A model generated the notes under the pieces. The model saw only the letters and a program-made list of their open reading frames with translations. It did not search any database and was not told the DNA's origin. This document shows, one piece after another, positions 1 through 12,166 of a DNA stretch of 64,000 bases. The translations under genes and the position numbers were made by a program. The first letter of the stretch is position 1; every line of letters begins with the position of its first letter. This DNA comes from Yuukianura sp. NJ FZ-2021 (taxonomy: Eukaryota). The stretch covers positions 2,294,001 through 2,358,000 of the forward strand of contig CM102288.1 in assembly GCA_046563655.1 (NCBI GenBank), read 5' to 3'.

Positions 1-1167
1 CAAGGGTATTACGAATCTAGTGACAGTTAAAATTGTGAAGTAACAGTAAAGGTTGCAATTTTGTGATCATCACTGAAGAACGAGAGGGAACTGTCGGTCG
101 CCCACTAGGTAATTGATTAATTGAAGGCTCATCTATTATTCACACCTCGACAGAGCCTTCCTGCTCCCCTTCTTGTGGGATTGTCTTGAGTTTTTGAAGG
201 AGAGGGGAGCGGAGGTTGCCAATATAACTTCGGTATAGTATCACTGCTATGTATACACATTTTTTACATAAGGTTAGGTTGAATCTCTCTTGAATCGAGA
301 ATTCGAAAAGATTAGGGATGTGTTTATTACACTGCGGGTGTTAATGTTTACATTTGTGTTCTCGCCACTTCAAAGTCGTAGTCTCTGATTCCCGTGTCAG
401 TTCAACTTCTAAAGAAGAAAAAACTGTTCAGGTTGTGTACTAAACAAAACAAAGTCGAAGTGTGTATTTAAATCTCAGGTTATTTTGATCTTTGTCACTC
501 TTTTTCTTAGTTACTAGTTGAGTTTGATTGTGGTTCGGAGTGAGCAGTAAACTTGGTGAAAGATGTTTTTTTCTCATTTATAAATTGTGAGAGCAAAAGT
601 CAAAGCTCAAATACGCAAATGACAGAAATTATTAATTGACGTTTGCTGATGCTATGTTGGGAGAATTTTGGACGGTAGTCAAAAAGTTCACAGTCGGTTG
701 TACTTGTTATGTTTTTGGCTAGAGAAGAGTGATTGTTCATGTTCACTGATTTGTTTAACGTTTTGGCTTTCCACTTTTTAATGATTCATATGGTGGGAAT
801 AATGTTATGCAATAATTTGGTTTTGAGAAATGAAGTTTAAAACTAAAGTACTCTGTGAATTTGCAAACAAGTAAACCTGATTTGTATGGTTTAAAATGGA
901 GATGAATGAATAAATTGGCAAGATAGGATCAAATCAGGGAAGGGAGACCAGATTGAACCAACTTAAATTTACTGCTAAAACTTGATCATTACTACGTAGG
1001 AGTTCATACACTTGTTTGTCGTGGTCTAGACTTTAATTCTTTCATTAATTGAGTAGAAGAGACCACAGGAAACGGAGTACAAAAGATTAATGGGTGTTTA
1101 GGTCAAATTACTGCGAATCAGAAAAAATATCCCCGAGTTCTAAAACGCCTTTTTTTTCTCATTTCAG

Positions 1168-4100
1168 AGTAAGCGTGATACGTTGATGGTCCACATCAAG
1201 TGGTTCTATCGTCCATGTGAAGTTCCAGAAACAGTTTACCAATTACTTGTTCAAGACAGGACAGCTCTCGATTCTCAGGAAAACAAAAACGTTCTCGACG
1301 TTGGAAATGGTGAGATGATTATCTCAATTAGTAATCGAAAGAGGAGGGAAAGTGTTTAGTTTTTAGTACAGAGGGTGGGGCAGCTTTATTTGGACAACTT
1401 TGAAGTCTGATTGCTATTGTTCTGTAATTTCTACAGTCTTAAAATTTTAACCACTTATTTATTATGTTGTTGAGAATATGTGGCGCGAATTTCATACAAA
1501 TCGGCAGAAAAATGCCAAAGATATTGAGTTTCGAAATTAACACTATCAAAAAAAAGTTTCCAGTGAAGGTTTAAGGCTCAAAGTAGTTCAAAAAAGGCTC
1601 AGGGTCAAAGGTCACAGTGTCAACGCGTCTCAAATCGTTAATATAGCTAATTGAAATGGTAAAATTCGAAAAACTGGCAAAAACACGTGTGTCATTCGTC
1701 ACAAACCCCAATTTTGCCAAAAAAAAGCAAGAGTCCTCAGACCTGGATTTCACAGAGAAAAAAAGTTTTGAGAAAAAGTTTGAGCAATGTGCGGGAAGGG
1801 CGTATTACCCCTCATCAAAGTCCCCCCAAAGGTCAAGGTCAACGCTGAACTCTACATTGAGCACGTTCTGAAGCCTTTGGTGGAAGTGTACGTGCCTGAA
1901 AATTACGGAAACGAGGTCAACAAGGTCATTGTTCACCATGATAAAGCTTCATCACACACATCAAGGAAAGGTCAAGGCTATGCAGCTGACCTCAAGGTCA
2001 CATTCCGCGAAAGTGTTTTGCCAAAGGCCCTCATCCATGTCAAGGGCCCAGACATCAGCCCCATGGACTTTTACGGGTTTGGGACACTTAAACAGCGCCT
2101 ATTCCGACGTCGGAAGCAGACCATCGAAGGGGTCTGGAAACTTTTAAATGAGGGATGGAATCGTGTGACCCCGGGAAAGGTCACAAGGATGTTTGTTGAG
2201 GGGAAAATGAGGTTGCGGTTGGTTACTAGGGTCAATGGGCTATATGTAGAGGCTACATCCCAAATCCATCGGTGACAATTACTTAGTTAAATACTAATTC
2301 GAAAAGTGTCCAAATAAAGCTGCCCCACCCTCTGTAGTAGAGAGATAATGAGAATGATTGGCAACAATTTTAGGATTTGATTGCATATTGCAGGTTGCAG
2401 CAAATCTGAAGCTCTCACACTATTTCCTGAACTAAGCGTGCGTGAACTATTCATTTCCGATGCGACGGATACGTACCCAGTGTCGGTTCTCAGGTACGGT
2501 GTTGTCTATTTAATAAGTGTGAGAAGAATTAATGCCAAGTATTTACACAATGACACAAAATTTCGACTCATCCTCAATTGCTAATTGTTGATTTTGGTTG
2601 TTTATTGCAGGGGTTTATGTAAAGTGGACCATTTTGCTGAGATCTCTTCCCTAATTCAGACGTTCAAACCGTGTCCGGATCATTTCTTCTACGTTTTGGG
2701 ATATAATCCGGAAACTCGCAGACTGGCGTCGACGCAGGTTAGTTCAGTGTGAATAAAGTTGTTCATTTCGATGCTTTGTGTATTTGTGCGTTTACTGATG
2801 TTTTTATTTTGTTTATTGTAGGGTGAAATACGGGTCGGCCCGTCGCATCAGGTATGTTATGGAGAACCAAATTATGGGTGACTGGGGCTCCATTTAAATT
2901 TAGATTTATGTCAGTTTTATGGTGAAAGTGGATGAGATGGTTGCTACTACAATGTTCGAATGAAAAGGAGATCGATTTGTGCGTGAATATTTTTGTAGGA
3001 GAGGAAAGTGTGGAGACAGCTTGTTAGGATATTTGTTTACATAAAATGTGGAGTTTGCTGACGTTATTTAATGAATTTATTACTTTGGCCCGAACTGTTC
3101 GAGCGAGGGCAGAGGCTTAACGCTGAATTGAATACGAAAGAGAAATAACAAATTTTGTGTTTTGTATTCGTTAGGCTCGACTTCCGGAATTGCAACTGGG
3201 TGTACCAGTACGCTGTGAAGAATGGGAGGTAAAATTCGTACTTTAATAGCAGCTTTTCTTTTTTCTTTTTCCTGTTTTTTCTTGATGTTTAATATTGTGC
3301 TTTTTTATAGGAAATATGTTGGAGACCGGGCGGAACGCTCGATGCCGACTTGGTTATGTACTTGCGGGCAGCGCGTTCGATGGCTGCTTTTGCGGGAATG
3401 TGTGATGGTAAGCTATGCAAAACTGTGTAGATAGGATATTAATGGCCAGTTCGACCATTGCAGGTTAAAGTTAAACGGAGTTTAGTGCAAACTAGTTCCA
3501 CCTTTAAACTCAATTAACTTAATTATGCGTCAATTAATCTTGGCATACAAGGTATCAAAATTCTTGTATTCCTCCGCCGGTTAAAGTCCGGTTAAATTTA
3601 ACCGGCCGATTTTCTCCAGTTAAATTTTTTAATCTCCGGTTAAATATTTAAACTCCGTTAAAATTTAACCTGCAATGGTCGAACTGGCCATAAGAGATTC
3701 AAGTGACATGCTGCTGAAAGTTGTATGTTACGTAACCCACTGTTTAGTTATGCTTTGAGGCATGCAATTTCATAAAGCACAAATACAGAAGGCTAAATTG
3801 TAATTTGCGGTTTCGATAGGTGGATCTCCTGATGATGGATGCCTCGCAGCTTCTCGTGATGACACAACGATCAATGCCCTATCTGTTGTGCGTTTACTAC
3901 TGAAAATTAGACTATGAGCTGCAGCAATTTGAATGTCGTTTTCACGTTTTTGTGCTTTTCAGCTTCATGATTCTGGATATGAACCTGGTCGGGCTCTGCA
4001 AGCCCTTGTCAAGTGCCCAGTCCCTAAAGGGATAGACAAGAAATGGAACGAAGAGGAAACTGTAAGTGGATTGGATATTTTGTATGTTGTTAAGTAACTG

Positions 4101-7100
4101 CTGGATGAATACTGATAATTTGCTCTTGGTGTATTGCAGAAACGATTTGTAAAAGGACTTCGTCAATATGGCAAAAACTTCTTCCGGATTCGCAAAGAAC
4201 TTTTGCCGCACAAAGAGACTGGTGAATTAGTTGAATTTTATTACTTGTGGAAGAAGACGCCAGGAGCAGGGCCGAGTCGCACGCATCGGCGACATCGACG
4301 TCAAAGTGTTTTGAGACGAATTCGAGCTCCCCGGAATGCACGTACAAATAAGGAAGATCCGACTGATTTGAGTTCAGCCAGTGAAGATGAAAATTCTGAA
4401 GACGACTCTGATTCAAGAGACATGAGTGGCTATCACTGTCGTCATTGTTTTACTACAAGTGAGCTTTCAACAACATCAAAATCCAATAACATCCAGTATT
4501 TTATATAGTTTTTTACACTTTCTGTTTTAAAATTTTCAGATTCCAAGGACTGGCATCATGCTGGTAAAGAAAAAGTCATTTTATGTACCGACTGCCGCCT
4601 TCATTTCAAAAAGTACGGAGATTTGCCTCCGCTTGACGGGCCAAAGGATCCTCCCTATCTATTTCGCCCGGTAATTCAAGAAGATGAAGGTCGCATTCGG
4701 ACGCGTACAAGAACCAAAGAATTGGTAAAGTCACCAACAAATGTAAATAACTCACACGAAAAGTTGACAACTTATGCTCTAACTCTTGTTGCTTCTTTTT
4801 TGTGGAAAAAAGTGCTTTCGTAGTGTGTAGTCTAGTGAATTTGTGTGGTTTTAGTAAGAATTTGATGTGTAGTACATAGTGTTTTTCTTTCTTTCTCATG
4901 CCCATGACCTTTTGACTCTTCACGTTGTTGAAGTGATGATGAGATCATGTAGTTGCTCTTAAATTATACTTATCATTTGAGTTGCCAATTTCTCTATCTG
5001 CTTCTCGTTTCACTTGTAAATAGTAAAATTACAATCTATCCTCTGTTGTTCACATAGAATGCACGGAATCGTCCTAAACGTGGAAGTGGAACAAGTACTC
5101 CGGAACCAGAAATGAAGGGTTCCGGCCGGAAGTCACCAGGAGCGGCAAGTAACACAAGTTCCTCTAGTGACAAGAGTAAAACTAAGGTAAGAAGAAGAGA
5201 AGTTAAAAAGAAAACTGTTGTTTCGTTTTTTAACAAAAGAATTTGACCTGGAGTGTGAACGCTTTTGAAAATCGCTTTTGAGTTTTTTCTTTCTAAGCTT
5301 GATGTACTCAAAACTGAACTCCTTCGCCTATTTTCTTTTTTTCTTCCCTTGAAGTCAAATTTTTTTAGTTGTTGGTTAAAGTGGTTCTTTGGGAAGTGAG
5401 AAAGAAAGAGAGAATTTGACTGTGAAATGAGAGTCGGAATCGGAGTCGGATTAGAGCCAAAGAAAAGAAGGCTTTTCTCTGGAAAGGCTTTGGGGTTTTG
5501 GAAGGCTTTGAATCTTTTGGGGGCTGTTCCAGAAGTTGTCTAAAGAATAAGAGGAACTCGTGCTTTCTTTGCGTTTCTCGGAGGCAGAAAGAGAGAGAAA
5601 CTACGTTAGAGTTAGGCTAACATAAGAGGAGTTCTTCTTGTGAAGGTGTTTCTGCCTCAGTGACACTCGAGGCGAGGGAAAGGAGGAGAAAAGTTGTAGT
5701 CAAGTGGAGAAAATCCAATTGAGAAGACGAAGGGGATTTTGTCTCTTGAACTTTCTCTTTCTACTTTCCTAGACTCCTTCTTTTTCTTGCTTGAGTATTC
5801 TGGAGCCAGAGCAAGTGGCGGTAGTAAGAAGGGACTCAAATTTGTTATTATTAGAATTGCTTTGCTCTGCTTTTTCTTCCTTTCCGTCTGAATTTACAAC
5901 ATGTTCTTCTCCTTCTCGTGGGCAGCCCCTTGAGTCATCATAATGGTTGTCAAATCGGTGGTTCTTGACTACAATGTAATTTGAGTTGTAAAAGAGTTGT
6001 TAGTTTTAAGACACTTCAAAGAAACTTAATTTTAATTAGTGGTTGAAAGGAATTATATCATTCTCTTCTCTTTTTTCAGTCAAATGCACCGAGTCCGGCT
6101 CCCCGTTCGAGAAAACGCAAAGAGGACTCTGAAGAGTACAAAACCACAAATGCGAAGAAGAGGAAAGAAGATCATCCGGAGGTGAGAGTTTTTTAATTAA
6201 CAATTTGGAGATATTAAGTTTAAGAGTCTAAAATATTTGATGTTTGATATCATTTTCAGAGTCCTTCTGGAAGTTCCGTTGGAAGCTCAGTTGATGACGA
6301 AGTGGAAGGAAATGAAATCGAGGAAGGTGGCGACATTGAAGGATCAAGCTCACGTACCTCCTCTCCGTCGCCTGTTGACTCCTTGAAAACAGGCCGAGAA
6401 GCAAGTCCTGTCCCGATGTTAGTGGAACCGAAAATTGAGCCTGATGCTGTGAGTGAACAACCGGCCAGTCCAGTATCGCCTGTAAAGGACGTCAACCCCC
6501 CACCAATCGTTTCCGAAGTCCCTGTCGTAAAGACAGAAGAAGAAAAAGATACGAAACCATTCAATATGCCGGAAGTCAAGAGAGAACCAGAACCGAAACC
6601 AAATCTGAAAAATGACTTACTGAGATATGTGACAGAGAAAAGTGAGCGTGAGTTACTGGGCAGTCCAGGTTCAGTTATTCATGTAAAACAAGAACCGATT
6701 TTAGTTGTGCCCGATTTCCCTAAAGACACTCTTCTCCTAGCTAATATTAATGAAAACAATGCAAGTGATCTACGAGTGAGGACTGAGAGTCCGTGTCAGC
6801 TAAAACCATCAGTTCCAATTGAAAGTCCACCAACAAATCCCTCACCGGAAGTGGAAGACAAAGTTTTCGTTCCCAAGAGTACGATTCCGCCACCGCCACC
6901 ATTGAGGCCAACAGATTTATCAGTTCCAGAAGGACCAGAAGTTGGACTAATCAAAATTAGAGATGAAAAGAGTCTCATATCTCCCGTTGGCCCACCAGAG
7001 AGTGATCTCAACTGTTCCAATGATGTTGGAGGACCTCCGCCACTCAATCTCAATACAAATGGAACCACGAAGAAGCCACCACTCTTATTTGGTCTGGCCA

Positions 7101-10100
7101 CCTTGACTTCCGAGAGGGAAAGTCCGTCAGAAAATGGCACTCAGCCACCATTTCCTGCGTTTGGTCAGACAATTCCACCACCGCCTCCTCCAACACAACA
7201 CTCAATTAATCACTCCTTCCTTAATTTAAATGTGCCTCTCCCGAAAAACTCACCGTCATCGGCCGATGCAATCATCTCTTCTTCAGCAGAAGATGCCCTC
7301 AACTCTAGTCCAATGTCAAACCAATCCATAAGTCGACTCTTTTCCCATTTACCGTTGCCATTTGGGGAGCCACCAAGGTTAGGCGCTGGGGGTGATACAA
7401 AGGAACTCAATCCGCTCCAATCACTCAGCAGCCTCAAAGTCCCTGGATATCCTGCATTTGACCCACCAATTTCAGGTCACAATCCACCCCAACCTCCTGC
7501 TTCTACAATGACAAACGGAACGAGCCCAGGGTCGCAGTCTTTGTTTCGCCAAGACAAGCCGAAACGAGACATTTCCTTGGACAGCAATTCAAGCGAACGG
7601 GAAAGAGACCGATTTGAAGAGAATCGGGGAATTCAGCAGGAAAAGGAAACATTGGCAAGAGATCAACGAGACCGAGAATCTTCACACCGGACCAATTCCA
7701 CAAAGGCTTCTCCGAATTCTCAAGATCCATCGTCACTACCGAAAGGTGGTGGTGGTTCTTTGATTTCTGGAACTCCAATTGGGCCACCGCCCGTCATTGG
7801 TTCCAGTACAACAACGACTCATGCTGGCCCACCAGGCCCTATCCCACATCCAAACATCCACCTACCGCTGGGTGGTGCCCCGTTTCCTGGTGCTTTCCAT
7901 CCCCATCCTCATGGGCCGCCACATCCAATGTATACTTACCCCTACGGCCCGTACCTAACGCCATACCCATTCCCACCATCACCATATCCACCAAGTCAGC
8001 AACATATGCATGCTCTCCAGCCAAGAGGAATGATGCCAATGCCACGGCCACCATCTCCTCAAAATCCTCCAGCCATGCAACAACTTGCTGCCAAAGACAA
8101 TGCCCATCATCCTCATGGACATGGACTCAAAACCAGTTCAAAATCTACCAATAGTTCAAATCATAGAGAAAGGGAGAGAGATCATGGTCACAATCATAAT
8201 AGCATGAGCCACAGTGGACATCCGCATGCCAGACATATGAGTTCACTAGGAATTCCAGATCATGGAGACAACCATGACATGCATCAAGATGAAGACAATG
8301 ATGAATCCCCAAGTCCGCATGGTGTTCCAAGAGGCCCAAGTCCGGAACCCAAAGTAGAAGATTCTGAATGTCATCGAAGTCAAAGTGCAATTTTTCTCAG
8401 GCATTGGAATCGCGGAGATCTCAATTCGTGTGCTCGAACGGATTTGACATTCAAACCTGTTCCAGATTCGAAACTGGCAAGAAAACGGGAGGAGCGTTTA
8501 CGAAAACAAGCAGAAAAAGAGAGGGAAGAACGTGAAAGAGCAGCTCAAGCAAGGAAGAACATCCCGACACCGGAAAACAATAAAAGAGACACGCCCAAAT
8601 CCATGCCAATGGGACTCATGGATCCAAATCATCCAGGAAGTTCACCTTACGATCGCTTCACACCTCGACCTGGAAGTTTTGCTGATACTCCAGCTCTGCG
8701 CCAATTATCGGAGTATGCTCATGCTCGTCCTCATACGTCCTTCTCTCCAGGCGGAATGCGGCCTGGACTGCCTCCTCCAGGAATTCTTCCGCCGAATCCT
8801 CTGGACCAAATGCTTCCCTATGCGCAGTTAGGATTTTATGGAGCTGGAGCCCGAGAACGACTGGAACTGGAAGCGTTGGAGAAGAGAGAAAGCGAAATGA
8901 GGCTAATTCGTGAAAAGGAACTGTCGGATAGACTCAAGGAAGAATTTTTAAGAAATGTTCCTGGAGGACCAAATTCGACGTCTCAAGGTCCACCGGGTCC
9001 ACAAAATCGCATGCCTAGTCCGATGGATCAACATTGGTTTGAAGTTCATCGGAGATTTGGAGGACTCGGGCCTGGTGGACCACCAATGGGACCATTGCAT
9101 CAATCTTCGTTTCCAGGAATGTACCAAGGAGGTGGAGCTCCGACGTCGTCGCTTAGCGCCCTGGAACGCGAGAGATTGGAGCGACTTGGTATGTATTTAA
9201 GAATTTTAGTATTGCTAAGTTCGCAAATGCAAGCTGGAAGTGGTGACGCATCTGTGAATCTGATTTTACTCCAATAATGTTGTGCGGTTTCGTCAGTGAA
9301 TGACGTTTACTATTTTCAAGGTATTCCAGCTCAGTTGGGAAACGAGCAACTGGAGAGACTCAATGCTGAGAGGATGGCAATGGACTCAATGCGGATGCAG
9401 TTGGCAGGTAAAGCTAAACATCAAAATTCTAAAGCCAAAAGTAGTAGCATTACCTACCAGATACCAAATAAAAGTTAGGGGATTTGGTAACGCATACGGG
9501 CAAACCATTTACACCACATATGGACAGTAATTAAAAAACTATTTCTTTTTGTGGTCATGTGTGCGTGTTAACATATTTTACAACAACCTAAAACGGAAAT
9601 GGGCATTCCAAAAGTACACTTAATTTAGAAAAGTAAGCTAATTCGTGGTCAGGAAATCGTCGGATATGATTGAAAATTATTTTAAAATTATCGTAAGATC
9701 AAAGGGGTTATTTAAATTTACTGTACTGCCATCAGCTGTTAATTGGATACAAGTACATTAACAGGGTTTGTCCATATGTGGTGTAGGAGAGTTTTTGGAT
9801 TGTTCACCTAAATCTAGAAGGGTTATTCATAATTAATGCTACTACTGCCAGCAAGGTTTTGGAAATATTTATTCTGTTTCGTTGGTTTGCAGCGTCACAA
9901 ATTCCGGGTTATGCTGCTGGAATGGAAGCGATGATGCATCCAGCGGCGGCCGCTGCCGCAGCAGCCGTTGGTGCCTACCAAAGAAATTCAGGACTGATGC
10001 AACGTGATGCCGTGTTGGGCCTTCATCCAGATATTCTGGGAAGATATCCGCCAGAACTAACGCATCATGTAAGAAACTGCAGAATTGAACAATTGAGACA

Positions 10101-10592
10101 AATGAAATTGCACAAGTTACTAATACACTAATCTGTTACTATTGTGTCATTTTTTAGTTGCAACGTCAAATGTTGATGGACAGAGAGAGATTTCCACATG
10201 GCGGTGGACCAATGCTTGGACCACATCCTTCCTTTCTTGCCCAACAGGAAGAGTATCTTCGGTACATAAACAGTCTCCCACAGAAATAGGAATAAGACTT
10301 TTCTCTGTCTCGTCTCAATTCTGTCATAACTTCATTTCGTTCTTCTTCTTCCTTCGTCCTTGGCTAAATCTTGGATTTGTCAGGAGTTGATCTCTCTATT
10401 TCTGTCTTTTCCGTTCTCTCAAGAACTTTGTTTATCCGTAGATTTTCTCATTTACTGTGTGCAATTTTCTTTCTTTTTTTATGAATGTATGTTTTAGATT
10501 TTTCTAATCTGAATTTCAGGCAGCAGCAGCAGCAGAGGGAACGAGAATTGAAAGTTAGAGCTTTAGAAGAAGCGGCGGCTAGAAGACACTGA
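1168..10592 (+). CDS. RERE: RERE / Atrophin (Grunge-like) transcriptional co-repressor, multi-exon, 5' end lies upstream of the window
   Basis: Phase-consistent GT-AG exons: 1168-1309 ([34 protein letters not shown]), 2394-2493, 2611-2737 ([18 protein letters not shown]), 2822-2851 ([13 protein letters not shown]2 start), 3175-3228, 3311-3407, 3820-3887, 3963-4061, 4140-4458 ([30 protein letters not shown]), 4540-4724 (WHHAG..LCTDC, GATA finger), 5059-5186, 6080-6181, 6260-9188 (Pro-rich; [24 protein letters not shown] and RE repeats, Atrophin domain), 9321-9407, 9893-10067, 10158-10261, 10520-10592 (TGA). Confidence 0.95.
1369..2334 (+). mobile_element. Defective Tc1/mariner-superfamily DNA transposon (D41D spacing) in a RERE intron
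   Basis: Perfect 28-bp TIRs (CAGAGGGTGGGGCAGCTTTATTTGGACA at 1369-1396, reverse complement at 2307-2334) flanked by TA at 1367-1368 and 2335-2336. ORF 1787-2275 has transposase motifs HHDKASSHT and [16 protein letters not shown]. The N-terminal part from ATG ~1512 is frameshifted and deleted. Confidence 0.95.
3443..3690. mobile_element. PIF/Harbinger-type (Tourist-like) MITE in a RERE intron
   Basis: TIR TGGCCAGTTCGACCATTGCAGGTTAAA from 3443, with its reverse complement ending at 3690 (imperfect match extends to ~40 bp). TAA direct repeats at 3440-3442 and 3691-3693. 248 bp, non-coding. Confidence 0.85.
9512..9783. mobile_element. TA-TSD MITE (Tc1/mariner-type) in a RERE intron
   Basis: 15-bp perfect TIR CACCACATATGGACA (9512-9526) / TGTCCATATGTGGTG (9769-9783), with TA on both sides. 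272 bp, AT-rich interior. Confidence 0.75.
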
Positions 10593-11952
10593 ATTAAGCT
10601 CATTCAGAGACAGAAACACAAAAGTCAGTTGAGTTTTTAGATGTACGTAAATTGGAACGCCAAGTATTTTTTCTTACAGGAAAGCGAAGTCTATGTAGAT
10701 TCACGATGTATTTGTTGATTTTTGGTTGATTCGGATTTAACTTACTTATTTTCGTTTGACAGTCTGCTGCTGCAGTCTTAAATTCGGAGAGCGGGGAGCT
10801 TGTTTCCTTTTTCAAATTTTTATTTTTGTTAAAATCAGACAGAGAGAAAATGAAGTTGAACAATGACAATAAGGATACAAATGAGAAATGTTCTTTTTGA
10901 AATGGTCAAAAGCTTTGTTGTAATGTTAATGTGTAAAACATTCTTCTAAAATTCACAAAAATGAGTCTCTCAGGACAGGAAACCCAAAAAAAGCCTATAA
11001 ACTTATGGGAATGGCCAAAACTTGAAGTACTTAATTGCTAAATTCTAAAGTGTTTAAGTTAGTTGTATTGTTGCCTTTGAAAAGTGTTGCTTCCGCTGCC
11101 AGTAATAATATTTTAGAAGTCTGTCTTTTGAAGGAGCGCTAGCGCTTAAAACCCTACAACAACCATATTTTCATTACTGACCTTTGACCTTTCAGCCTCC
11201 CTGTTCAACCCAAACACCTCCGTACATGTTGTCTGTGATGTCAATAATTTTAGAACAGCAAGAATTTTTTGCACTAATTTTTGCATGTACGTTTTCTTAA
11301 GTTTAGTGTGTACACAGCATTATCCCCTCCATAAAACCACTAAGTTGTCATTTTGTCAATCAGTTCTCACAAGTTTTGTGGAATCGGAATACGCATGGTT
11401 GTATCGCATTTCTTAATTTGTAAATGTTTCCTGTTAATATTTTTAGTGGTTCACACAATTTTTTTGATTGTACATAATATTTAAACGATTTGACTTTGTG
11501 TTAATAATTTTTGTTATGATTACAACTGTAGTTTAGCTTAAAAATCCCCATTTTTTGTTGTATGGTGTTCATCGTTTTTTAGAAAGTCAAAATTGAAAAA
11601 GGAGAAAACAAATTTTTGCTCCTCCCATCATCCCATCCTTGTTGTGATGCCTTAAAAAACGAAATTTTGTCTAGATTTTTGAATAATCAGTAGTAAATTG
11701 CATTTTATAAAAAAAACACGCTTTGTGGCTGGAATTTTTTTTTCTAAGATTTTGGGCGCAGCGCTTTTTCCTCTTTGGAAATATAGAAACTTTGACTTTG
11801 AGCAATTTAGGGACTGCAAATTTGTAGATTTGGAGAAGACTAGGTCCAAATTGTATGAAATTTTGTAATTTGAAAGTGCGAAAATTTAGTGCATGAAATT
11901 TAAAGCGCAGTGTGTTTTTTTGTGGCTTTCTGCGTGAAAATTATCAATAGGA

Positions 11953-11958
11953 AATAAA
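11953..11958 (+). promoter_or_regulatory. Candidate polyadenylation signal for RERE
   Basis: AATAAA ~1.36 kb after the RERE stop, at the end of a T/G-rich tract resembling a 3'UTR. Confidence 0.4.
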
Positions 11959-12166
11959 GTAACTCGTGTCGATGATTCTCAGAAAAAGTAAAGGATTAAA
12001 GGTTAGAAAAATCTTAACTTTTATTATAATTATATAATTGTAATACTAAAGGTACGACAAAGTTAAATTATTACAAATAAACGGATTAACAACATTTAGT
12101 TTTGCTCAGTTTGGAATTTGCTGAATTTGGAGTTTCTTGAAATGAAAATGATGGAGAGAAAACGAC

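Noticed and set aside
4930..4990. GTGATGA box C-like motif in a RERE intron (also ATGATGA near 26389)
   Set aside because: No suitably placed CTGA box D or terminal stem, so a snoRNA is not supported.
6256..8390. Several antisense ORFs over the large RERE exon (likewise over egl, IA-2 and RhoGAP exons)
   Set aside because: These are shadow ORFs of GC-rich coding sequence with no independent features.
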